Shown here: positions 12,501 through 25,053 of the stretch, one piece after another
Layout: each line of letters begins with the position of its first letter
Position numbering within the stretch: position 1 is the stretch's first letter
Program-made: the position numbers and the translations under genes
DNA from: Perna viridis
Taxonomy: Eukaryota
DNA: 64,000 nucleotides
Direction: 5' to 3'
Assembly: GCA_037379345.1 (NCBI GenBank)
Contig: CM074511.1
Span: forward strand, 59,464,862-59,528,861
Notes under the pieces: generated by a model
Seen by the model: only the letters and a program-made list of their open reading frames with translations
Databases searched by the model: none
What the model was told of the DNA's origin: nothing

Positions 12501-15500
12501 TTATAAATAAAAGCGAGTTTCTTCTAAAATGTAGAACACAATTAGCTTTGTGTTTGAGTTTTGCGCATTGGAACATTAATATGTGCGAATGTATTCTTGT
12601 CTTTCTCATATGTGGAAGAATTCTAAACAAATCTAATCGGATTGGTCTATGAGTAATGTTTAAGTAAAAGATAGCAATTGAACTGAGATTTTCCTGAAGC
12701 CGACAGAAATCCCGAAACAACGCGCCCAATAATACAATGACGATAAACATCATGTTGCAAAATGAGAAATCGACTTGGCGCCATGACTCCCAGGTATACA
12801 TTTTGTCTCTGACTTTCTATGACCAAGTCGATTTCCATATGAGTCATCTTCGTTACTCAAGTGGACAATTTATTAATATAAAAACCGGTTTATGTCCATT
12901 GAAATCTTTCAGTCATTTACCAATCACACTTGACATTTCCCGATGCCAAATAATTTTCTTGGACAAAAAAGCGCTTGGCTTTAAGCAAGGGAAAATGAAG
13001 GATGTCAGCATAACATTGGCAATAATTTAATACTTACTTCCGTCTGTAGAGTTTGAATCATGCGTGAAGTTAGATTTGTCTGTGAAGTTGGACATGCATT
13101 CTACGGCAATATCGACCCCAGCATAACAATAGCTGTTTTCATAATGGGAACACTCGTTGATATCAGCTTCGAACCCGATACAGTTGATACTGAAACCCGA
13201 TGAATGGTAGTTATAATCCCGTTGACGGCTTGTAGCTATGCCTTTGTTTCCCATTCCCATATGTTTACATACAACAGTAGCTGTCACGTCGTTCCAATAG
13301 TCATCACAAATAGTCGACCAGTTGCCAGAGTAAGTATTAAAGAACAAGACTCGACCTCCATCTCCAATCATAAGATCTATTTCTGAAAGGAATTACAAAT
13401 CCAATGAACATCTGGTAAAACAATGAAATGATAAGAGCGTTGTTTTCTTCAATGAATTGTAGTTATATGAGTCTTTGTTATTGTATGTCGATATACATCA
13501 TTGTTATTTTCAACTATTAACCAGATGGTCAATTGGATGAGTGAGCTACATTGTATTGATATTGTACTGCAAGAAACGCAATTGCATTTTCAGAAACAAA
13601 CATCAATTCATTCAAGAAAGTAGGTCATTTATAGAGATAGAGATATATTAGATCATCCGACGCACCTTCTTATAAATAAAAGCGAGTTTCTTCTAAAATG
13701 TAGAACACAATTAGCTTTGTGTTTGAGTTTTGCGCATTGGAACATTAATATGTGCGAATGTATTCTTGTCTTTCTCATATGTGGAAGAATTCTAAACAAA
13801 TCTAATCGGATTGGTCTATGAGTAATGTTTAAGTAAAAGATAGCAATGGAACTGAGATTTTCCTGAAGCCGACAGAAATCCCGAAACAACACGCCCAATA
13901 ATACAATGACGATAAACATCATGTTGCAAAATGAGAAATCGACTTGGCGCCATGACTCCCAGGTATACATTTTGTCTCTGACTTTCTATGACCAAGTCGA
14001 TTTCCAAATGAGTCATCTTCGTTACTCAAGTGGACAATTTATTAATATAAAAACCGGTTTATGTCCATTGAAATCTTTCAGTCATTTACCAATCACACTT
14101 GACATTTCCCGATGCCAAATAATTTTCTTGGACAAAGAAGCGCTTGGCTTTAAGCAAGGGAAAATGAAGGATGTCAGCATAACATTGGCAATAATTTAAT
14201 ACTTACTTCCGTCTGTAGAGTTTGAATCATGCGTGAAGTTAGATTTGTCTGTGAAGTTGGACATGCATTCTACGGCAATATCGACCCCAGCATAACAATA
14301 GCTGTTTTCATAATGGGAACACTCGTTGATATCAGCTTCGAACCCGATACAGTTGATACTGAAACCCGATGAATGGTAGTTATAATCCCGTTGACGGCTT
14401 GTAGCTATGCCTTTGTTTCCCATTCCCATATGTTTACATACAACAGTAGCTGTCACGTCGTTCCAATAGTCATCACAAATAGTCGACCAGTTGCCAGAGT
14501 AAGTATTGAAGAACAAGACTCGACCTCCATCTCCAATCATAAGATCTATTTCTGAAAGGAATTACAAATCCAATGAACATCTGGTAAAACAATGAAATGA
14601 TAAGAGCGTTGCTTTCTTCAATGAGTTGTAGTTATATGAATGTTTGTTATTGTATGTCGATATACATCATTGTTATTTTCAACTATTAACCAGATGTTCA
14701 ATTGGATGAGTGAGCTACATTGTACTGATATTGTACTGCAAGAAAAGCAATTGCATTTTCAGAAACAAAAATCAAATCATTCAAGAAAGTAGGTCATTTA
14801 TAGAGATAGAGATATATTAGATCATCCGACGCACCTTCTTATAAATAAAAGCGAGTTTCTTCTAGAATGTAGAACACAATTAGCTTTGTGTTTGAGTTTT
14901 GCGCATTGGAACATTAATATGTGCGAATGTATTCTTGTCTTTCTCATATGTGGAAGAATTCTAAACAAATCTAATCGGATTGGTCTATGAGTAATGTTTA
15001 AGTAAAAGATAGCAATTGAACTGAGATTTTCCTGAAGCCGACAGAAATCCCGAAACAACGCGCCCAATAATACAATGACGATAAACATCATGTTGCAAAA
15101 TGAGAAATCGACTTGGCGCCATGACTCCCAGGTATACATTTTGTCTCTGACTTTCTATGACCAAGTCGATTTCCATATGAGTCATCTTCGTTACTCAAGT
15201 GGACAATTTATTAATATAAAAACCGGTTTATGTCCATTGAAATCTTTCAGTCATTTACCAATCACACTTGACATTTCCCGATGCCAAATAATTTTCTTGG
15301 ACAAAGAAGCGCTTGGCTTTAAGCAAGGGAAAATGAAGGATGTCAGCATAACATTGGCAATAATTTAATACTTACTTCCGTCTGTAGAGTTTGAATCATG
15401 CGTGAAGTTAGATTTGTCTGTGAAGTTGGACATGCATTCTACGGCAATATCGACCCCAGCATAACAATAGCTGTTTTCATAATGGGAACACTCGTTGATA

Positions 15501-18500
15501 TCAGCTTCGAACCCGATACAGTTGATACTGAAACCCGATGAATGGTAGTTATAATCCCGTTGACGGCTTGTAGCTATGCCTTTGTTTCCCATTCCCATAT
15601 GTTTACATACAACAGTAGCTGTCACGTCGTTCCAATAGTCATCACAAATAGTCGACCAGTTGCCAGAGTAAGTATTAAAGAACAAGACTCGACCTCCATC
15701 TCCAATCATAAGATCTATTTCTGAAAGGAATTACAAATCCAATGAACATCTGGTAAAACAATGAAATGATAAGAGCGTTGTTTTCTTCAATGAATTGTAG
15801 TTATATGAGTCTTTGTTATTGTATGTCGATATACATCATTGTTATTTTCAACTATTAACCAGATGGTCAATTGGATGAGTGAGCTACATTGTATTGATAT
15901 TGTACTGCAAGAAACGCAATTGCATTTTCAGAAACAAACATCAAATCATTCAAGAAAGTAGGTCATTTATAGAGATAGAGATATATTAGATCATCCGACG
16001 CACCTTCTTATAAATAAAAGCGAGTTTCTTCTAAAATGTAGAACACAATTAGCTTTGTGTTTGAGTTTTGCGTATTGGAACATTAATATGTGCGAATGTA
16101 TTCTTGTCTTTCTCATATGTGGAAGAATTCTAAACAAATCTAATCGGATTGGTCTATGAGTAATGTTTAAGTAAAAGATAGCAATTGAACTGAGATTTTC
16201 CTGAAGCCGACAGAAATCCCGAAACAACGCGCCCAATAATACAATGACGATAAACATCATGTTGCAAAATGAGAAATCGACTTGGCGCCATGACTCCCAG
16301 GTATACATTTTGTCTCTGACTTTCTATGACCAAGTCGATTTCCAAATGAGTCATCTTCGTTACTCAAGTGGACAATTTATTAATATAAAAACCGGTTTAT
16401 GTCCATTGAAATCTTTCAGTCATTTACCAATCACACTTGACATTTCCCGATGCCAAATAATTTTCTTGGACAAAGAAGCGCTTGGCTTTAAGCAAGGGAA
16501 AATGAAGGATGTCAGCATAACATTGGCAATAATTTAATACTTACTTCCGTCTGTAGAGTTTGAATCATGCGTGAAGTTAGATTTGTCTGTGAAGTTGGAC
16601 ATGCATTCTACGGCAATATCGACCCCAGCATAACAATAGCTGTTTTCATAATGGGAACACTCGTTGATATCAGCTTCGAACCCGATACAGTTGATACTGA
16701 AACCCGATGAATGGTAGTTATAATCCCGTTGACGGCTTGTAGCTATGCCTTTGTTGCCCATTCCCATATGTTTACATACAACAGTAGCTGTCACGTCGTT
16801 CCAATAGTCATCACAAATAGTCGACCAGTTGCCAGAGTAGGTATTAAAGAACAAGACTCGACCTCCATCTCCAATCATAAGATCTATTTCTGAAAGGAAT
16901 TACAAATCCAATGAACATCTGGTAAAACAATGAAATGATAAGAGCGTTGCTTTCTTCAATGAGTTGTAGTTATATGAATGTTTGTTATTGTATGTCGATA
17001 TACATCATTGTTATTTTCAACTATTGACCAGATGTTCAATTGGATGAGTGAGCTACATTGTATTGATATTGTACTGCAAGAAAAGCAATTGCATTTTCAG
17101 AAACAAAATTCAAATCATTCAAGAAAGTAGGTCATTTATAGAGATAGAGATATATTAGATCATCCGACGCACCTTCTTATAAATAAAAGCGAGTTTCTTC
17201 TAAAATGTAGAACACAATTAGCTTTGTGTTTGAGTTTTGCGCATTGGAACATTAATATGTGCGAATGTATTCTTGTCTTTCTCATATGTGGAAGAATTCT
17301 AAACAAATCTAATCAGATTGGTCTATGAGTAATGTTTAAGTAAAAGATAGCAATTGAACTGAGATTTTCCTGAAGCCGACAGAAATCCCGAAACAACGCG
17401 CCCAATAATACAATGACGATAAACATCATGTTGCAAAATGAGAAATCGAGTTGGCGCCATGACTCCCAGGTATACATTTTGTCTCTGACTTTCTATGACC
17501 AAGTCGATTTCCAAATGAGTCATCTTCGTTACTCAAGTGGACAATTTATTAATATAAAAACCGGTTTATGTCCATTGAAATCTTTCAGTCATTTACCAAT
17601 CACACTTGACATTTCCCGATGCCAAATAATTTTCTTGGACAAAGAAGCGCTTGGCTTTAAGCAAGGGAAAATGAAGGATGTCAGCATAACATTGGCAATA
17701 ATTTAATACTTACTTCCGTCTGTAGAGTTTGAATCATGCGTGAAGTTAGATTTGTCTGTGAAGTTGGACATGCATTCTACGGCAATATCGACCCCAGCAT
17801 AACAATAGCTGTTTTCATAATGGGAACACTCGTTGATATCAGCTTCGAACCCGATACAGTTGATACTGAAACCCGATGAATGGTAGTTATAATCCCGTTG
17901 ACGGCTTGTAGCTATGCCTTTGTTTCCCATTCCCATATGTTTACATACAACAGTAGCTGTCACGTCGTTCCAATAGTCATCACAAATAGTCGACCAGTTG
18001 CCAGAGTAAGTATTAAAGAACAAGACTCGACCTCCATCTCCAATCATAAGATCTATTTCTGAAAGGAATTACAAATCCAATGAACATCTGGTAAAACAAT
18101 GAAATGATAAGAGCGTTGTTTTCGTCAATGAATTGTAGTTATATGAGTCTTTGTTATTGTATGTCGATATACATCATTGTTATTTTCAACTATTAACCAG
18201 ATGGTCAATTGGATGAGTGAGCTACATTGTATTGATATTGTACTGCAAGAAACGCAATTGCATTTTCAGAAACAAACATCAAATCATTCAAGAAAGTAGG
18301 TCATTTATAGAGATAGAGATATATTAGATCATCCGACGCACCTTCTTATAAATAAAAGCGAGTTTCTTCTAAAATGTAGAACACAATTAGCTTTGTGTTT
18401 GAGTTTTGCGTATTGGAACATTAATATGTGCGAATGTATTCTTGTCTTTCTCATATGTGGAAGAATTCTAAACAAATCTAATCGGATTGGTCTATGAGTA

Positions 18501-21500
18501 ATGTTTAAGTAAAAGATAGCAATTGAACTGAGATTTTCCTGAAGCCGACAGAAATCCCGAAACAACGCGCCCAATAATACAATGACGATAAACATCATGT
18601 TGCAAAATGAGAAATCGACTTGGCGCCATGACTCCCAGGTATACATTTTGTCTCTGACTTTCTATGACCAAGTCGATTTCCAAATGAGTCATCTTCGTTA
18701 CTCAAGTGGACAATTTATTAATATAAAAACCGGTTTATGTCCATTGAAATCTTTCAGTCATTTACCAATCACACTTGACATTTCCCGATGCCAAATAATT
18801 TTCTTGGACAAAGAAGCGCTTGGCTTTAAGCAAGGGAAAATGAAGGATGTCAGCATAACATTGGCAATAATTTAATACTTACTTCCGTCTGTAGAGTTTG
18901 AATCATGCGTGAAGTTAGATTTGTCTGTGAAGTTGGACATGCATTCTACGGCAATATCGACCCCAGCATAACAATAGCTGTTTTCATAATGGGAACACTC
19001 GTTGATATCAGCTTCGAACCCGATACAGTTGATACTGAAACCCGATGAATGGTAGTTATAATCCCGTTGACGGCTTGTAGCTATGCCTTTGTTTCCCATT
19101 CCCATATGTTTACATACAACAGTAGCTGTCACGTCGTTCCAATAGTCATCACAAATAGTCGACCAGTTGCCAGAGTAAGTATTAAAGAACAAGACTCGAC
19201 CTCCATCTCCAATCATAAGATCTATTTCTGAAAGGAATTACAAATCCAATGAACATCTGGTAAAACAATGAAATGATAAGAGCGTTGCTTTCTTCAATGA
19301 GTTGTAGTTATATGAATGTTTGTTATTGTATGTCGATATACATCATTGTTATTTTCAACTATTAACCAGATGTTCAATTGGATGAGTGAGCTACATTGTA
19401 CTGATATTGTACTGCAAGAAAAGCAATTGCATTTTCAGAAACAAACATCAAATCATTCAAGAAAGTAGGTCATTTATAGAGATAGAGATATATTAGATCA
19501 TCCGACGCACCTTCTTATAAATAAAAGCGAGTTTCTTCTAAAATGTAGAACACAATTAGCTTTGTGTTTGAGTTTTGCGCATTGGAACATTAATATGTGC
19601 GAATGTATTCTTGTCTTTCTCATATGTGGAAGAATTCTAAACAAATCTAATCGGATTGGTCTATGAGTAATGTTTAAGTAAAAGATAGCAATTGAACTGA
19701 GATTTTCCTGAAGCCGACAGAAATCCCGAAACAACGCGCCCAATAATACAATGACGATAAACATCATGTTGCAAAATGAGAAATCGACTTGGCGCCATGA
19801 CTCCCAGGTATACATTTTGTCTCTGACTTTCTATGACCAAGTCGATTTCCAAATGAGTCATCTTCGTTACTCAAGTGGACAATTTATTAATATAAAAACC
19901 GGTTTATGTCCATTGAAATCTTTCAGTCATTTACCAATCACACTTGACATTTCCCGATGCCAAATAATTTTCTTGGACAAAGAAGCGCTTGGCTTTAAGC
20001 AAGGGAAAATGAAGGATGTCAGCATAACATTGGCAATAATTTAATACTTACTTCCGTCTGTAGAGTTTGAATCATGCGTGAAGTTAGATTTGTCTGTGAA
20101 GTTGGACATGCATTCTACGGCAATATCGACCCCAGCATAACAATAGCTGTTTTCATAATGGGAACACTCGTTGATATCAGCTTCGAACCCGATACAGTTG
20201 ATACTGAAACCCGATGAATGGTAGTTATAATCCCGTTGACGGCTTGTAGCTATGCCTTTGTTTCCCATTCCCATATGTTTACATACAACAGTAGCTGTCA
20301 CGTCGTTCCAATAGTCATCACAAATAGTCGACCAGTTGCCAGAGTAAGTATTAAAGAACAAGACTCGACCTCCATCTCCAATCATAAGATCTATTTCTGA
20401 AAGGAATTACAAATCCAATGAACATCTGGTAAAACAATGAAATGATAAGAGCGTTGCTTTCTTCAATGAGTTGTAGTTATATGAATGTTTGTTATTGTAT
20501 GTCGATATACATCATTGTTATTTTCAACTATTAACCAGATGTTCAATTGGATGAGTGAGCTACATTGTACTGATATTGTACTGCAAGAAAAGCAATTGCA
20601 TTTTCAGAAACAAACATCAAATCATTCAAGAAAGTAGGTCATTTATAGAGATAGAGATATATTAGATCATCCGACGCACCTTCTTATAAATAAAAGCGAG
20701 TTTCTTCTAAAATGTAGAACACAATTAGCTTTGTGTTTGAGTTTTGCGCATTGGAACATTAATATGTGCGAATGTATTCTTGTCTTTCTCATATGTGGAA
20801 GAATTCTAAACAAATCTAATCGGATTGGTCTATGAGTAATGTTTAAGTAAAAGATAGCAATTGAACTGAGATTTTCCTGAAGCCGACAGAAATCCCGAAA
20901 CAACGCGCCCAATAATACAATGACGATAAACATCATGTTGCAAAATGAGAAATCGACTTGGCGCCATGACTCCCAGGTATACATTTTGTCTCTGACTTTC
21001 TATGACCAAGTCGATTTCCATATGAGTCATCTTCGTTACTCAAGTGGACAATTTATTAATATAAAAACCGGTTTATGTCCATTGAAATCTTTCAGTCATT
21101 TACCAATCACACTTGACATTTCCCGATGCCAAATAATTTTCTTGGACAAAGAAGCGCTTGGCTTTAAGCAAGGGAAAATGAAGGATGTCAGCATAACATT
21201 GGCAATAATTTAATACTTACTTCCGTCTGTAGAGTTTGAATCATGCGTGAAGTTAGATTTGTCTGTGAAGTTGGACATGCATTCTACGGCAATATCGACC
21301 CCAGCATAACAATAGCTGTTTTCATAATGGGAACACTCGTTGATATCAGCTTCGAACCCGATACAGTTGATACTGAAACCCGATGAATGGTAGTTATAAT
21401 CCCGTTGACGGCTTGTAGCTATGCCTTTGTTTCCCATTCCCATATGTTTACATACAACAGTAGCTGTCACGTCGTTCCAATAGTCATCACAAATAGTCGA

Positions 21501-24500
21501 CCAGTTGCCAGAGTAAGTATTAAAGAACAAGACTCGACCTCCATCTCCAATCATAAGATCTATTTCTGAAAGGAATTACAAATCCAATGAACATCTGGTA
21601 AAACAATGAAATGATAAGAGCGTTGCTTTCTTCAATGAGTTGTAGTTATATGAATGTTTGTTATTGTATGTCGATATACATCATTGTTATTTTCAACTAT
21701 TAACCAGATGTTCAATTGGATGAGTGAGCTACATTGTACTGATATTGTACTGCAAGAAAAGCAATTGCATTTTCAGAAACAAACATCAAATCATTCAAGA
21801 AAGTAGGTCATTTATAGAGATAGAGATATATTAGATCATCCGACGCACCTTCTTATAAATAAAAGCGAGTTTCTTCTAAAATGTAGAACACAATTAGCTT
21901 TGTGTTTGAGTTTTGCGCATTGGAACATTAATATGTGCGAATGTATTCTTGTCTTTCTCATATGTGGAAGAATTCTAAACAAATCTAATCGGATTGGTCT
22001 ATGAGTAATGTTTAAGTAAAAGATAGCAATTGAACTGAGATTTTCCTGAAGCCGACAGAAATCCCGAAACAACGCGCCCAATAATACAATGACGATAAAC
22101 ATCATGTTGCAAAATGAGAAATCGACTTGGCGCCATGACTCCCAGGTATACATTTTGTCTCTGACTTTCTATGACCAAGTCGATTTCCATATGAGTCATC
22201 TTCGTTACTCAAGTGGACAATTTATTAATATAAAAACCGGTTTATGTCCATTGAAATCTTTCAGTCATTTACCAATCACACTTGACATTTCCCGATGCCA
22301 AATAATTTTCTTGGACAAAGAAGCGCTTGGCTTTAAGCAAGGGAAAATGAAGGATGTCAGCATAACATTGGCAATAATTTAATACTTACTTCCGTCTGTA
22401 GAGTTTGAATCATGCGTGAAGTTAGATTTGTCTGTGAAGTTGGACATGCATTCTACGGCAATATCGACCCCAGCATAACAATAGCTGTTTTCATAATGGG
22501 AACACTCGTTGATATCAGCTTCGAACCCGATACAGTTGATACTGAAACCCGATGAATGGTAGTTATAATCCCGTTGACGGCTTGTAGCTATGCCTTTGTT
22601 TCCCATTCCCATATGTTTACATACAACAGTAGCTGTCACGTCGTTCCAATAGTCATCACAAATAGTCGACCAGTTGCCAGAGTAAGTATTAAAGAACAAG
22701 ACTCGACCTCCATCTCCAATCATAAGATCTATTTCTGAAAGGAATTACAAATCCAATGAACATCTGGTAAAACAATGAAATGATAAGAGCGTTGCTTTCT
22801 TCAATGAGTTGTAGTTATATGAATGTTTGTTATTGTATGTCGATATACATCATTGTTATTTTCAACTATTAACCAGATGTTCAATTGGATGAGTGAGCTA
22901 CATTGTACTGATATTGTACTGCAAGAAAAGCAATTGCATTTTCAGAAACAAAAATCAAATCATTCAAGAAAGTAGGTCATTTATAGAGATAGAGATATAT
23001 TAGATCATCCAACGTACCTTCTTATAAATAAAAGCGAGTTTCTTCTAAAATGTAGAACACAATTAGCTTTGTGTTTGAGTTTTGCGCATTGGAACATTAA
23101 TATGTGCGAATGTATTCTTGTCTTTCTCATATGTGGAAGAATTCTAAACAAATCTAATCGGATTGGTCTATGAGTAATGTTTAAGTAAAAGATAGCAATT
23201 GAACTGAGATTTTCCTGAAGCCGACAGAAATCCCGAAACAACGCGCCCAATAATACAATGACGATAAACATCATGTTGCAAAATGAGAAATCGACTTGGC
23301 GCCATGACTCCCAGGTATACATTTTGTCTCTGACTTTCTATGACCAAGTCGATTTCCAAATGAGTCATCTTCGTTACTCAAGTGGACAATTTATTAATAT
23401 AAAAACCGGTTTATGTCCATTGAAATCTTTCAGTCATTTACCAATCACACTTGACATTTCCCGATGCCAAATAATTTTCTTGGACAAAGAAGCGCTTGGC
23501 TTTAAGCAAAGGAAAATGAAGGATGTCAGCATAACATTGGCAATAATTTGATACTTACTTCCGTCTGTAGAGTTTGAATCATGCGTGAAGTTAGATTTGT
23601 CTGTGAAGTTGGACATGCATTCTACGGCAATATCGACCCCAGCATAACAATAGCTGTTTTCATAATGGGAACACTCGTTGATATCAGCTTCGAACCCGAT
23701 ACAGTTGATACTGAAACCCGATGAATGGTAGTTATAATCCCGTTGACGGCTTGTAGCTATGCCTTTGTTTCCCATTCCCATATGTTTACATACAACAGTA
23801 GCTGTCACGTCGTTCCAATAGTCATCACAAATAGTCGACCAGTTGCCAGAGTAAGTATTAAAGAACAAGACTCGACCTCCATCTCCAATCATAAGATCTA
23901 TTTCTGAAAGGAATTACAAATCAATTGAACATCAGATATAACAATGGAATGATAGTGGTGTAACTTTTTCCAATCTTCAGGGTTATGTTGCTACAAGATT
24001 GAAGTCATCACTACAGAAGTTTTATGGTCGTCAACATGAACTCGTGGATCGTTATGGTGTATCCATCTGCACCATGAAAACTGATTTATTCAACGGGTCA
24101 TAGTTTTCCTTTCCTCGTTTGTCTACCCGGCCTTGACTTTTTATGAGCAACTTGGCGGGTGTTTCTAGAAAAGCAGAGAACGCTTACCCTGCTGGTGCAC
24201 CTGGTTCATGCTCCCAGTTTTTACTGGAGTCCGAGTTGCTCATTTGCTTTTGTTACTTTATGTTCTTTGTTGTGTATGTCTGTTTTCCATGTCTGGTCTT
24301 TGTACCTGGATTACATTCTTTTGATTACCCTATAACCTTGGTTCCCTTGATTAATCTTTCTATCTCCAATCCTTAGTTTGATTACTTTATTTCGATTTTT
24401 AAAGTGCCTATGTTTTCAATTGTTTTTGTTTTAATTTTAGATAGGCGGTGTTCTGGCCTTTTTTTTAACAAAATTTAAGTTGTTGACATGAAACTTACTT

Positions 24501-25053
24501 GGAAATATTTTTGACTGAACATTTGAACCTAAACTTGATACATTATGATTGACATTTTGAATTAAAAAATTGATTGTATGTTTGAACATCTTTTACATGG
24601 TAGTGTGTACACATTTTGTTATGTAATTTGATTAACGAAAATCTGAAAGATACTTTCTTAGGTTCATTTTTTTAATTGGGATACGAAGAAACAGGTACTT
24701 TAGGATATTATTGTTTTAGTATTAAGTGTGCATACTTGTATTATTGCTGTCTCTACCATTGTTTTGGAAACACTCCGCAACAGCGTCTCTGATGTAAAAA
24801 CACGAAGATTCATAGTATGAACACTCGTTTATGTTGGCTTCAGTCCCATAACAACTTATTGAAACTTCTTTTGAACTGTATGTATAATCTCTGGATGCAG
24901 TACTTGCAATTCCTTTATCCCCCATTCCGGTATGTCTACACAAGACCGTCGCAGACTGGTCATTCCACCCATCATCACATATTGTTGACCAATTACCAGA
25001 AATGTCATCAACTATGAGAACTCGTCCATCTGGTGCGATGTTTGCCACTAGCC
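179..25053 (-). CDS. Multi-SRCR (DMBT1-like) scavenger receptor cysteine-rich protein, partial (3' end outside window), >=22 SRCR exons
   Basis: Repeated exons: 179-523, 1348-1692, 2517-2861, 3686-4030, 4855-5199, 6024-6368, 7193-7537, 8362-8706, 9531-9875, 10700-11044, 11869-12213, 13038-13382, 14207-14551, 15376-15720, 16545-16889, 17714-18058, 18883-19227, 20052-20396, 21221-21565, 22390-22734, 23559-23903, plus a divergent exon at 24736-25053. Acceptor tcctttcag|AAATAGAT, donor GACGGAA|gtaagt. Each exon is 345 nt (115 codons), phase 1-1. SRCR motifs: GRV...W.TICDD.W....A.VVC...G, C.G.E..I.EC, C...D.AVEC. Confidence 0.93.
23559..23903 (-). CDS. SRCR repeat exon, most 5' copy of the homogeneous array
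   Basis: Splice sites and protein are identical to the other copies. The longer 152-aa ORF arises only from an intronic TAA>CAA change after the donor. Confidence 0.9.
23978..24360 (+). mobile_element. 5'-truncated Penelope-like retroelement (RT C-terminus + 3' UTR), copy 1
   Basis: Encodes QGYVATRLKSSLQKFYGRQHELVDRYGVSICTM and is highly similar to 27245-27668 and 39866-40075, with the same 3' end (cttgatta[a/c]tctt). Possible TSD tccaatc on both flanks. Confidence 0.75.
24736..25053 (-). CDS. Divergent first SRCR exon of the same gene
   Basis: LVANIAPDGRVLIVDDISGNWSTICDDGWNDQSATVLCRHTGMGDKGIA...SCYGTEANINECSYYESSCFYIRDAVAECFQNNGRDSNNT. Donor ACAA|gtatgc is phase 1. Acceptor is taag|GG (25053) or ctag|TG (25047), both phase 1. 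Confidence 0.88.

Larger units (their letters stand above)
1..23922. repeat. Tandem array of a 1169-bp exon+intron unit (~20.5 units; continues past the left edge)
   Basis: Every ORF in the track recurs at exactly +1169 (168, 1337, 2506 ... 23548). The differences between units that I saw were all substitutions. Identity drops at ~23922, and a diverged version of the intron end continues to ~23975. Confidence 0.98.

Noticed and set aside
23434-23892. 152-aa extended SRCR ORF
   Set aside because: It results from a single intronic TAA>CAA change downstream of an intact donor.
1-23922. CRISPR, rDNA or histone-type array
   Set aside because: There are no unique spacers and no rRNA or histone sequence. 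The unit encodes a spliced SRCR exon.
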